Assembly: GCA_965200315.1 (NCBI GenBank)
Contig: OZ241362.1
Span: 992,001 to 1,056,000, forward strand
Source: Candidatus Latescibacterota bacterium
GTDB taxonomy: Bacteria; Latescibacterota; UBA2968; UBA8231
DNA: 64,000 nt
Direction of reading: 5' to 3'
Shown piece after piece: positions 1 to 9,425 of this stretch. The number at the start of each line of letters is the position of its first letter. The stretch's first letter is position 1. The notes beneath the pieces were generated by a model. The model did not search any database and was not told the origin of the DNA. It saw nothing but the letters and a program-made list of their open reading frames with translations. Made by a program: the position numbers and the translations under genes.

Positions 1-140
1 ACATGCTGCGCCGGGCCGAGGAGCAGGGGCGGTTTCAAGCCTATATAGAAACCCTGCGCCAGCAATACGCCGATCAGATCCAAGTGGACCAACAGCAATT
101 AGCTGCGGCCCTGCCCGACGATTTCCTCACCGCCTTTTGA
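1..140 (+). CDS. 3' end of a PpiC/PrsA-like peptidyl-prolyl isomerase (partial, starts before the window); paralog of 34070-35812
   Basis: The frame from nt 3 reads MLRRAEEQGRFQAYIETLRQQYADQIQVDQQQLAAALPDDFLTAF*. This matches the C-terminus of the 580-aa PPIase (..REQLFEELINDLLDKYKERIAVSDSALAAALPDTFL). Confidence 0.7.
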   Translation, partial: MLRRAEEQGRFQAYIETLRQQYADQIQVDQQQLAAALPDDFLTAF

Positions 141-166
141 ACGGTCGCACAACTTGGAGAAACTCC

Positions 167-3100
167 ATGAACCGCAAACACTACAGCCGTTGGAGCCGGG
201 TTTGGGCCTTAGCTTTTGGGTGTTTGGCCCTCCAGCAAGTCAGTGCCCAAGTGCCCTTAGGCCACCATCTACAAGGCGACCGCATCATCGTCGACAAGGC
301 TTCCTATTGGCGACACTGGACTGGGCCCTCGCACGTAGTCGATGTGCATCCAGACGGGACGGTCAAGCCCCATTTTTTCCGCCACGTGTACAACATCATC
401 GCCGAAGATCGCGCGGCATTTGCCAAACCCGTGGACCAACCGGGCATCCGCAAGGCAGACCGGGCGATTATGAACCTCCAGCGCGCCCCGACTGTGGAAG
501 CAGACGGCAGCTTTACCCTCGGTAAAGCCGAGCAACTGATCAAATTTCTCGACCGAGATTTCAAACGCTTCCCCGGCAACGACAGCCAGCTCCCCATTAA
601 CGGCCGGCTCCTAACCATCGTCGACACCACCCTCAGCGGCGACGGCAAGACCGTGACCCTGAGCCTGCGCGACGAACGCACGGGGGTAGCATCGACGCGC
701 GAATTTGGCGCCAAAGACAAAATCGCATTCCCAGTGTACGACTACGTCCAGCGCGTCGGCGTCAGCCGGGTAGGTTCCAACGAAGCCCTAGCCCCCCACA
801 TTGTCGATGGCGACCACGACACCTTTTGGGAACCGGACTTAGCCGCCACGCCAGACAAGTGGTGGATCGAGATCGACTTGGGCCGCGCGCTCGTGGTCGA
901 GAAGATAGTGCTACACTTTGTCGATGAGACCTTGGGCGACCCCTTCCGCCAGTTCCGAGTCATGCTAGCCCCCCAGCAGAAGCTCATTCAAGCCCAAAGC
1001 CGCGTACTCCAGTTCAAGGTGGTCGGCCAAACCGAGGCTCCCAATACGGACCAGCGGACGATGGCGTTTTCTTCCGCGGATACGCCCGGCTTTTCCGAAG
1101 ACGACGACGGCCGCACCGAGTGGACCGGCCGCATGGCTCAGACGCTGCGCATCCTCATCGGCGACAGCAAGCTGGGGCGGGCACACCAAATCGACCAAGC
1201 GGCGTGGGATGCCCTGTCGGCCAGCGAACGGGGCGATGTGCTCTACTACATCCGCGACGACGTCGGTTTTGAGGAGCCGGTAGAGCAGGCTATTTACGAG
1301 AGCCTTCCCCAAGAACAGCAGGGCCGCAAAGAGTACTATATCCGCGAGCGGCCCCGGCTGGCCGAAGTCGAAGTCTGGGGCTGGGGCGATAACCTCTCTC
1401 CCCAGCTAATTGACGGGGGCGGTAGCGTTAGCTTTACCGGACCGGAAGTCCCGGCTGGGGGCTTTGACGGCGACTGGAACACCACCTTCCGCATGCCAGC
1501 GTGGTTCAGCAACAACCCCACCGCTGGCATTCTCACTGTCGATATTGGCGCCCGCGTCTGGCTCGACGCCATGCGCTTGGCCGTTCCCTTTATTCCCGGC
1601 TACATCACCGAGGTGGCCGACGGCAGCCGCGATCCCAACGGCCGGCTTCGGTGGCGACAGATCAGCCTACCCGACCGCATGGAAGGGGGATTCACGCGCG
1701 CCGCCGACCTCTTCGACCCGCCCCTAGATATCCGCTTTCTCAACCTGCGCCTGCCGGGCATCGCGCGGACTTCGGGCTTTTTCTACGACCTGACCGAAGT
1801 CCTGCTCTACACAGAGGGGTTTGTTAGCCAAGCCTCGCTGGTGTCCGATATCATCCGCCTGCCGGGACCGCGCAACTTCGGGGCCATCCGCTGGGATCCG
1901 CCGCCCGGCACGCAACCACCCGGCACGACCGCGGAAGTGCGGACGCGCACCGGCGATCTGCTGGTGCAGCAAATTCGCCATTTCGACGTCAACGGCAACG
2001 AGAAAACCAAAGAAGAATGGGACAAGCTAATCAGCAGTTGGAAGGGACCTATCGACACTACCTTTGCCCTCGGCAGCGGCTGGAGTCCTTGGAGCCAGCA
2101 GTACCTACAGCCGGGCGACCGGGTCCGTTCCCCCGGGCTGCGCAATTATATGCAGTTGCAGGTGCGTTTTACCAGCCAAGACCGCCAACAAGCCGCCTCC
2201 ATTCGCTCCATCGAGGTAGAGCTGGCCCCGCCAGTGGCCCGCGCCCTCACGGCCGAAGTATGGCCCACGCAGGCCGTCGTTGGCCGCTTGGACACGTTCG
2301 ACCTGTATCTGCGCCCGGTATTCATCGACGAACCAGCGGCCGACCGCACCCTAGGCTTTGACGAAATCCTGCTGCAAGCTCCTCCCGGGCTCGCGCTGCA
2401 CCTTCTGAGCCTCAGCACGGGGACCGAGGAAGAGCTAAGCCAAGGAAACCCCTTGCAGACGTTTAGCCTCGCCGCCGATGGCCACCTGACCGACGCTACT
2501 GGGGCCATCGCCCAAGTGCGGCGCAACCACGCCGACTCCATCTGGGTCCTGCTGCCCCAACTACACCAGACCCTACCGGCAGAGCAGGCGATCCAGACCT
2601 ACCACCGCATTACCCCCCAAGGGGCCGAAGTCATGGTTGGTGAGGACGGCGACCCGATCACCGAGGCCGCCTACGGTCTGCTCAACGAGGCCGAGCGCGG
2701 GGCTATCCTCTTCTTGCGGCAGACCGCCGACGGCTTGGCAGCGGTCTCTGGCCGCGCTGAGTACGATGACTTGCCCCCAACCGAACAAGGGCCGATTCGC
2801 TATTTCCGCAAACTGCGCGGCGGCGGGGCCCAATCGCCCTTTGACTCCTTGGGCGACTCCCTGACGCACACAACCTACCGAGCGTTACCAAGAGCCGAAC
2901 GCGGTGCCATCTTGGGTCAAGGCCCCCTAATCCACGTGCGCTTTGCCGCTGCCATCTTCCGCAACGGAACCACCCTTAAGCCTTTTGTCCGTCGCTCCGC
3001 CGCTGGCACCGACGGCAACTTGTGGCAGCAAGTAGAACCAGGCGACGCCACTGCGCTAACGAACAGCCGCCAACTGACGCTGAGCGTTCCCGTGGGAGGG

Positions 3101-3427
3101 CAAGTCCTCGGCGACCTGATCCTTTCCCCCAACCCCTTTACGCCCAATGGCGACGGGATCAACGACGAACTGACCGTCGAGTTTTCCATCTTCCAAGTGA
3201 CCCAAGCGCGCCAAGCGCGGCTACGCCTCTACTCACTCGACGGACGCTTGCTATGGGAAAACAGTACCCAAGTGCCAGGAGGCCCTCAGCAAATCCGCTG
3301 GAACGGCCGCGATGCGGCTGACCGCACCGTGCCCCCAGGACTCTATATATGCCGGATTGATTTTGGTGCCGATTCGGACCGGGCCACCGACACAGCCTTG
3401 GCCCGCATCGTGGCCGTAGTCTATTAG
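167..3427 (+). CDS. Large secreted protein with discoidin (F5/8-like) domains and a C-terminal FlgD-Ig/CHU_C-like domain
   Basis: ATG at 167 after GGAGA; signal peptide (..LALQQVSA|Q); DGDHDTFWEPD..WWIEIDLG discoidin signature; C-terminal SPNPFTPNGDGINDE..WNGRD..VPPGLY..VAVVY. Confidence 0.85.
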   Translation: MNRKHYSRWSRVWALAFGCLALQQVSAQVPLGHHLQGDRIIVDKASYWRHWTGPSHVVDVHPDGTVKPHFFRHVYNIIAEDRAAFAKPVDQPGIRKADRAIMNLQRAPTVEADGSFTLGKAEQLIKFLDRDFKRFPGNDSQLPINGRLLTIVDTTLSGDGKTVTLSLRDERTGVASTREFGAKDKIAFPVYDYVQRVGVSRVGSNEALAPHIVDGDHDTFWEPDLAATPDKWWIEIDLGRALVVEKIVLHFVDETLGDPFRQFRVMLAPQQKLIQAQSRVLQFKVVGQTEAPNTDQRTMAFSSADTPGFSEDDDGRTEWTGRMAQTLRILIGDSKLGRAHQIDQAAWDALSASERGDVLYYIRDDVGFEEPVEQAIYESLPQEQQGRKEYYIRERPRLAEVEVWGWGDNLSPQLIDGGGSVSFTGPEVPAGGFDGDWNTTFRMPAWFSNNPTAGILTVDIGARVWLDAMRLAVPFIPGYITEVADGSRDPNGRLRWRQISLPDRMEGGFTRAADLFDPPLDIRFLNLRLPGIARTSGFFYDLTEVLLYTEGFVSQASLVSDIIRLPGPRNFGAIRWDPPPGTQPPGTTAEVRTRTGDLLVQQIRHFDVNGNEKTKEEWDKLISSWKGPIDTTFALGSGWSPWSQQYLQPGDRVRSPGLRNYMQLQVRFTSQDRQQAASIRSIEVELAPPVARALTAEVWPTQAVVGRLDTFDLYLRPVFIDEPAADRTLGFDEILLQAPPGLALHLLSLSTGTEEELSQGNPLQTFSLAADGHLTDATGAIAQVRRNHADSIWVLLPQLHQTLPAEQAIQTYHRITPQGAEVMVGEDGDPITEAAYGLLNEAERGAILFLRQTADGLAAVSGRAEYDDLPPTEQGPIRYFRKLRGGGAQSPFDSLGDSLTHTTYRALPRAERGAILGQGPLIHVRFAAAIFRNGTTLKPFVRRSAAGTDGNLWQQVEPGDATALTNSRQLTLSVPVGGQVLGDLILSPNPFTPNGDGINDELTVEFSIFQVTQARQARLRLYSLDGRLLWENSTQVPGGPQQIRWNGRDAADRTVPPGLYICRIDFGADSDRATDTALARIVAVVY

Positions 3428-3454
3428 TAGTGTACACCAGCCAAAGGGAAAATT

Positions 3455-6115
3455 ATGGAAGCGATAAGGCTAAATACCGCGTCTGTTTTGGTGGTCTTGA
3501 GTTGTGTTTTAAGCCCAGCCTATAGCCAACCCGACTATGGCAAGCGGCTAGGCGTCCCCCGAGGGGGCGGCGAGACCAGCTATGCCCCTTATGGCCCGGG
3601 CGTCCTCTTCGACGCGCTGGACCCGACCATTAAAAAGTGGTACGTACCTCAGGAGCTGTACAACGAGTACCGCTGGCGCCAGTGGGAGTACAGCAACTAC
3701 GCCCGCAACCTGTACCAGCGCTACGTCGATATCCGGCTAGAGGGCGACTATTACTACGACCTATTTGGCAACGCCATCACCCGGGGCTGGCTCATCTTTA
3801 GCAACTCGCAGACCCAGCCGCGGCAATTTGGTAGCTCGCTGGTCAAGGCCACTCGCTTTAATAGCTGGTTTTCGGGCGTGGCCATTGCCTCGGACAGCAA
3901 GGGTCAGTACCACTACGCTCTGACGGTATCAAATCGCCTGCGCACCACGCTCACCCCTATGAGCTTTTCCAAACCCTTTTGGGACGGGGTCCAGTTCGAC
4001 ATAGCCACCGACAAATACCAAGGCACTGTCATCTACTCGCGCCTTAGTTCGCCCGGCGGGGCCTCGACCGACAACACCGAAGTCCTCACCACCAATCTAA
4101 CCACGCTAATGGGCGGTCGGGCCACTGCGCAGATCGGCGACTTCACAGAAATGGGTATTCACTTCGTCAACACCCACCAGTCCAATACCCTGCGCGACGG
4201 CTTTAAGGGCAACCCCATTGCTGGGGCCTTGACAGTTGACCAAAACCAAACCGTTTCCTTTATCGAACTGGTCCTGCGCGACGACTCGCCCGCAGACGGC
4301 AGCGGTGGAGCCGCCTTCTTCCCAGTGGGTTCGGACATCATCATTACCTATAACGACGGCACCGTTGACCGCGGCCGAGAAATCCGCTTTGAACCCGCCG
4401 TCCAAGGAGGGTTCGTCCAAGAGGGATTCATCTCGGCCGATGGCTCCGAAGAGATCCGCCTGCTCTACGACTTCGACACGCCCGCCTTCGTCAACCGGGC
4501 CTCGGGTCCCAAAGAAGAAATCGCCAAAATCGAATTCGAGCTGACCATTGGCAACGACTATCAGGTGTGGATGACGTCCAACAACCAGACCAATCGCAGC
4601 GGCGAACCTGTGCTGCTGCTGGTGGCGCAAGCCGAGGGCAATGTGCAGGACAACACCAACCTGCGCATCCTCAAATTCGAGTACGGCCTGCCCACGGCTA
4701 CTCAAATTATCGGGGCCACCCTAGAGCTGCGGGACGTGGCCGGATTCAACTTCTACGGAGAGTACGATATGAGCGTGGCCTACCGCAAATACCCCAGCGT
4801 GACGCGCACCAGCCACACCACTTCGGCGGGCGTGGCCGGAGAGCAGGTCGAGCCAGCCTGGATGATCAACCTGTCTAAGGTGGCCCATCCTTGGTTCTTT
4901 TTTGGCGAAGCGTACAGCATGGACCCGCTCTACAACACCCGCACCTTTGTCACCGGCTCGGCCGGCAATATCGACTACGAAAACGAGCGCTTCCACGTGG
5001 TGGAGTTGGTAGAAGACAACGACGACCAAGACCGCGCACCCGACCTAGTGCGCGCCGATTCGCAAGCCGGTGACCGCCGGGTCTTCCCCGGCTGGGACGA
5101 GAACTATGACTTCATCTCGGACTTCAACCAAAACGACAACCTAACCATCTCCAATGGCATCCCCGACTACGACGAAGCCTTCCTCAGACACCGCGTGGAC
5201 CGACCCGACTTCCTCTACGGGATCGACATGAACAATAACCTGTGGGTTGACCGCTTCGAAAACGACGAATCCCCAGACTACCCCTATCAGAAGGACCACC
5301 GGGGCTTCAACGTCTATATGGGATACCGGCTGACCCCGGACATCCGCCTTACCATCGGGCACCTGCGCGAGGAATTGATCTCGGCCGACAAGCGCAACCA
5401 CACGTCCTATGCCCTGTTCAGTCTAGACCGGGACAATCCCCAACAAGGGCGCTTCCGCTTTATGCAGATGGTCAAGCTGGCCCAAGACAATATCCCAGAC
5501 GACCTGCTCCAGTGGTTCCCCGAAAACACGCAGCGCGATGGCCAGTTGCAAAAAGTAGTAGATCCGCTTTTAGCCCAAGACACTTGGATTAATACCACTT
5601 GGATCGGACACAACTACAACCGAGGGGGCTTAGAGGCGCATAACTATCTCAACTTGGAACTTTTTCACCAGCGCGACAGCGCGGCTCTGCGCGAGACGGA
5701 CTCCTTTTTTGGCGTCATCAACAAACTCAGCTACCGCTACGATCTGGGGACCATCCAACTTGAGCCGCGCTGGAAAAGCGAATATCGCCGCCAAACCGTG
5801 GGGCTGTTTTCCGCCGACGAGGAGACGGTGCTGACCGAGATAGTAGGGTTTCTCTTTGGATTTCCCATCCTCAACAACACCCGCATCCAAACCGGAATTG
5901 AGTACTCTTTCGCCAACGATATGAAGCGCGACAACAACGATTTTACCGGGATCGCCGGGGCCTTGCAGCTATCCAATGTGAGTTCCTACTTGGGCTACGA
6001 GGTATCTGCCCAAGTGGGTCTCAAAGCAGATTGGCGCGATTTCAAAAGCATCGAACGCGAATCGGAAATCCTGACCCAAGGCTTTATCACCCTGTATGCT
6101 GGCCTTGGTAAGTAA
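3455..6115 (+). CDS. Conserved exported/outer-membrane protein of unknown family (886 aa); paralog of 39200-41869
   Basis: Signal peptide; N-terminal block GPGVLFDALDPxxxKWYVPQELYxEYRWRQWEYSNYAR almost identical to the paralog; Asp/Asn-rich segment; C-terminal alternating beta-strands ending FITLYAGLGK. Confidence 0.8.
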   Translation: MEAIRLNTASVLVVLSCVLSPAYSQPDYGKRLGVPRGGGETSYAPYGPGVLFDALDPTIKKWYVPQELYNEYRWRQWEYSNYARNLYQRYVDIRLEGDYYYDLFGNAITRGWLIFSNSQTQPRQFGSSLVKATRFNSWFSGVAIASDSKGQYHYALTVSNRLRTTLTPMSFSKPFWDGVQFDIATDKYQGTVIYSRLSSPGGASTDNTEVLTTNLTTLMGGRATAQIGDFTEMGIHFVNTHQSNTLRDGFKGNPIAGALTVDQNQTVSFIELVLRDDSPADGSGGAAFFPVGSDIIITYNDGTVDRGREIRFEPAVQGGFVQEGFISADGSEEIRLLYDFDTPAFVNRASGPKEEIAKIEFELTIGNDYQVWMTSNNQTNRSGEPVLLLVAQAEGNVQDNTNLRILKFEYGLPTATQIIGATLELRDVAGFNFYGEYDMSVAYRKYPSVTRTSHTTSAGVAGEQVEPAWMINLSKVAHPWFFFGEAYSMDPLYNTRTFVTGSAGNIDYENERFHVVELVEDNDDQDRAPDLVRADSQAGDRRVFPGWDENYDFISDFNQNDNLTISNGIPDYDEAFLRHRVDRPDFLYGIDMNNNLWVDRFENDESPDYPYQKDHRGFNVYMGYRLTPDIRLTIGHLREELISADKRNHTSYALFSLDRDNPQQGRFRFMQMVKLAQDNIPDDLLQWFPENTQRDGQLQKVVDPLLAQDTWINTTWIGHNYNRGGLEAHNYLNLELFHQRDSAALRETDSFFGVINKLSYRYDLGTIQLEPRWKSEYRRQTVGLFSADEETVLTEIVGFLFGFPILNNTRIQTGIEYSFANDMKRDNNDFTGIAGALQLSNVSSYLGYEVSAQVGLKADWRDFKSIERESEILTQGFITLYAGLGK

Positions 6116-8342
6116 GGCGTTTGCGCTGCACTGGCCCAAGCTGGCGGCCTTAGCCGTCTTGGCCCTAGGCTTGCGCTTGGTTTACCTGTTCCAAGCCGCC
6201 GACAGTCCTTTTTTCGACACGCCTATTGTCGATGCCAGAAGCTATACCGAATACGCCCGCGAACTGGCGACCGGCTCTTGGGCTGGGCGTCCGCTGCCGT
6301 TCTGGCAGGCCCCTTTGTACCCCTATTTCCTCGCTGTTCTCTTTTCTCTTTTTGGCGAAAACTACTATCTGCCGCGTCTGCTCCAAGCCCTAGCCGGCAC
6401 GGCTACCTGCCTGATCGTCTTCAAGCTAGGCCGCGAGGTCTTCTCGCCGACGGTGGGCTGGATAGCGGCCCTAGGAGCGGCCCTGTACGGCCCTTTCCTC
6501 TACTTTGAGGGCGAACTTTTGCCCACGGCTTGGGCTGTACTTTTCGACGCGGTGCTGCTGTTGGTCTTGTTGTGGGGTCAGCGACGAGGCGGCGCACTTG
6601 TCGCGCTTGTCGCCGGGCTTGTCCTAGGGCTGGGCACCTTGGCCGTGCCGAACGTGTTGCTCTTTGCGCCAATAGCGGCTTGGTGGGTGTATCGCTGGCC
6701 CGCTGCGACACCGCATCGCCGCGCCCTCCATGTAGTGATCTTTGCGGCCGGCCTGCTGCTGCTGGTCGGCTCGGTGACGTTGCGCAACCGCATCGTCGGC
6801 GGTGAGTGGGTGCTCATCTCCTTCAACTCGGGAGTCAACTTCTACCTCGGCAACAACCCGGACCACGACCGCACCGTAGCGGCGCGGCCCGGAGCGGGGT
6901 GGAGCGACGTGATTGACTTGCCGCAACGCGAGGCCGGCATCACCCAGCCGGGGGCTGGCTCGAACTACCTTTTGGGCAAAGCTTGGGAGTATATACACAC
7001 CGAGCCGGGGGACTATTTGGCCCTGCTCTTACACAAGGGCTATCTGTTTTGGCACGGGGCTGAGATCCCCCGCAATACCGATCCGTACTTCGCCGCTGAG
7101 TATTCGCCGCTGTTGCGCCTTTTGCTGTGGAAATACGGCCTCGCATTCCCCTTTGGCCTCGTTTCGGCCCTCTCCCTACTCGGGGTGGCCTATGTCCTGC
7201 TCAAACCGGAACGCCGCACCCCGGCAGCTTATCTCGTCTTGCTCTTTGCGGGAATCTATATGCTGTCGGTAGTGTTGTTTTTCGTCACGGGCCGCTATCG
7301 CTTGCCGGCCGTGCCCTGTCTCTTGCTGCTGGCCGCCTATGGTGCTTGTACCTTGGCTAGTTTGCGCCATAGAGCTTTGTATCTGTCGGCTGGTGCCCTC
7401 ATCCTGCTGCTATTGGTGACCAACGCCGGGACCGCGACGAACAGCCCGCAGGTGGCCGCTTTTCACCACTACTCGCTGGCGGCTGTCTATGAGAATAAAG
7501 GCATGAAGACCAACGCCTTGCAGCACTACCGCCGCGCCGTTGAACTAGACCCATCTCACCGCCGCGCCCTGCTGGGCCTCGTCCAGATGTACGGAGCGAC
7601 CCAGCGCTACGACGATGCCGCCCACACCTGGCGGCAATTCCTCGACCACTATCCCGACCAAGACGACGTCCGCCTCCAGCTAGCCGACTTTCTGCGGCTG
7701 CGGGGCCAGCCTCAAGAATCGGTGGCCGAGTACCAAAAGCTCCTAGCGCGGCAACCCGATCAGGCCCATCTGTACCTCCGCCTCGGTCGCGCCAAAGCCG
7801 CAGCCGGCCGGCTGGTGCAAGCCGAAGCGGCCTACCTTCGCGCACTCGAACTAGGCTCCCAGTCGGCTCACTACCTGCTAGGCCAGCTATACGAAGAGCA
7901 AGGCCAGCCCGAGCGCGCCGAACAAGCCTATCAGCAGCTACTAGCCCAGCAGCCCGATCATCTCGCCGGGCTGTGCCATTTAGCCGATCTGCTGTTAAAG
8001 CGGAGGGAAGAGGAAACAGCCAAAGACCATTTGCGCGCGGCCCTGGCGCTCGATCCCAACAACGCGCACGCCTTGCGCAGCATGGGCACCTTAGAGGCCA
8101 ACCAAGATCAGTACCGCCAAGCTCTCCAGCGCTTTGAACGCATCTTGCAACACCATCCCCGCGATCTCCAAGCTCGTCGCTCCCTATCCCATCTCCTGCT
8201 CAAAACGGGTCAGCGCGAACGCGCCGATGCCGAGTACGCGCACTACCAGCGCCTAAAGCGGCAACACCTCATGCAGCAACAGACGCTGGAAAAAACCAAG
8301 GAACTAGCCGATCAACTGCGGCACATGTTCAAAGTGCCCTAG
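6096..8342 (+). CDS. GT-C membrane glycosyltransferase (ArnT/PMT_2-like) with C-terminal TPR repeats
   Basis: Multi-TM N-terminal half with DARSY, FWQAPLYPYFLA and RYRLP motifs, followed by about 7 TPR-like repeats; overlaps the upstream stop (translational coupling). Confidence 0.85.
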   Translation: MLALVSKAFALHWPKLAALAVLALGLRLVYLFQAADSPFFDTPIVDARSYTEYARELATGSWAGRPLPFWQAPLYPYFLAVLFSLFGENYYLPRLLQALAGTATCLIVFKLGREVFSPTVGWIAALGAALYGPFLYFEGELLPTAWAVLFDAVLLLVLLWGQRRGGALVALVAGLVLGLGTLAVPNVLLFAPIAAWWVYRWPAATPHRRALHVVIFAAGLLLLVGSVTLRNRIVGGEWVLISFNSGVNFYLGNNPDHDRTVAARPGAGWSDVIDLPQREAGITQPGAGSNYLLGKAWEYIHTEPGDYLALLLHKGYLFWHGAEIPRNTDPYFAAEYSPLLRLLLWKYGLAFPFGLVSALSLLGVAYVLLKPERRTPAAYLVLLFAGIYMLSVVLFFVTGRYRLPAVPCLLLLAAYGACTLASLRHRALYLSAGALILLLLVTNAGTATNSPQVAAFHHYSLAAVYENKGMKTNALQHYRRAVELDPSHRRALLGLVQMYGATQRYDDAAHTWRQFLDHYPDQDDVRLQLADFLRLRGQPQESVAEYQKLLARQPDQAHLYLRLGRAKAAAGRLVQAEAAYLRALELGSQSAHYLLGQLYEEQGQPERAEQAYQQLLAQQPDHLAGLCHLADLLLKRREEETAKDHLRAALALDPNNAHALRSMGTLEANQDQYRQALQRFERILQHHPRDLQARRSLSHLLLKTGQRERADAEYAHYQRLKRQHLMQQQTLEKTKELADQLRHMFKVP

Positions 8343-8360
8343 GGGACGCCCTTTCCGAAA

Positions 8361-9362
8361 TCACATCTTTCGCCCACGCCCAGCGAGGCGATACTGCTGA
8401 TTTTTTGCGGTGGGCGATTCGGGGCGCGTCATTTCCACTAGTCCTGCGGACAGTGCCGGGCGCAGATAGTTTTTGCGGAATGTGGGCCGATGCGACAACC
8501 CCAGTGCCGCCATGAGTTCGGCGGCCGTTTTTGGACCGGTCTGCAAGATCGCAAGCAGCCGCGCTACTTGGTCGCTTATTTGGTCGCTTACTTGGTCGCT
8601 TACTTGGTCGCTTACTGTGGGTGTCTGAAGTGCATCCAGAATGATCTTCAGCATGAACGCAATGAACGGTGTGCTATCGCCCTCGGCCGAACTCTGCCGG
8701 ATGGCTTGGTAGTAGTCGCCTTGTCGGTCATGCACCAGACTTTCTACCGGGATGTGGGCGAATAGGGGTTTCCAGCGGGTCAGAATCAAGGTCTGCCAGA
8801 GCCGTCCCATGCGTCCGTTGCCGTCCTCAAAGGGGTGAATGAACTCGAACTCGTAGTGGAAGACCGAGCTGGCAAGCAGCGGGTGCTCATCGGTGCTGCC
8901 CAGCCATGCCAGCAAATTGGCCATGAGTTGCGGTACGCGCCTAGAGGACGGGCCGACGTGATGGACTGCGCCGCCGCCCATCACGCCAATGCCGGTGCGG
9001 CGATAGTGTCCGGGTGAGTCCAACAATCCGCTCATCAGGACTTCGTGAGCACTCAGCAGGTCGGCTTCGCTAGCCGGGCTCCACTGCTGGTATTGATCGT
9101 AGGCTTTGATGGCGTTGCGGGCTTCCTGAATGTCCCTGAGCGGCGCAACAACGGGCTTGCCATCGAGAATGGTGGAAACTTGCTCCTCGCTGAGAATATT
9201 GCCTTCAATGGCCAGCGATCCGCGCACGGTGAGGATGCGATTGATTCGCCGCAGGCGCAAATCCTGCACAATGCCTGTCGCCCGACCAATCGCCTCCCCG
9301 ATTTCTTCGATGCGAAAAAGGAGCTCCGGCGCGATTGTGTATGGCGGTTTTTCAATCTTCAT
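8361..9362 (-). CDS. Fic family protein (AMPylase) with C-terminal HTH
   Basis: Canonical Fic motif HPFEDGNGRMGR; C-terminal RPTFRKNYLRPAL..QQYRL. Confidence 0.93.
   Translation of the reverse strand: MKIEKPPYTIAPELLFRIEEIGEAIGRATGIVQDLRLRRINRILTVRGSLAIEGNILSEEQVSTILDGKPVVAPLRDIQEARNAIKAYDQYQQWSPASEADLLSAHEVLMSGLLDSPGHYRRTGIGVMGGGAVHHVGPSSRRVPQLMANLLAWLGSTDEHPLLASSVFHYEFEFIHPFEDGNGRMGRLWQTLILTRWKPLFAHIPVESLVHDRQGDYYQAIRQSSAEGDSTPFIAFMLKIILDALQTPTVSDQVSDQVSDQISDQVARLLAILQTGPKTAAELMAALGLSHRPTFRKNYLRPALSAGLVEMTRPESPTAKNQQYRLAGRGRKM
8565..8616. repeat. 12-bp tandem repeat (TACTTGGTCGCT x ~4.3) encoding an SDQV linker in Fic
   Basis: Units at 8565, 8577 (one mismatch), 8589 and 8601, plus a partial unit; protein reads SDQVSDQVSDQISDQV. 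Confidence 0.95.
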
Positions 9363-9425
9363 CTTTTGTTCAAGGTGTTCGCCTCAAGCCCGATTTTGTT
9401 GCCTCGTAGGCGGTAGCGCCGTTCA

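Noticed and set aside
167-3427. Flagellar (FlgD) function for the large secreted proteins
   Set aside because: Only the C-terminal Ig-like domain is similar; the proteins have Sec signal peptides and there are no flagellar genes nearby.
8565-8616. Short repeats as a possible CRISPR array
   Set aside because: Contiguous 12-bp in-frame tandem units without spacers; no cas genes in the window.
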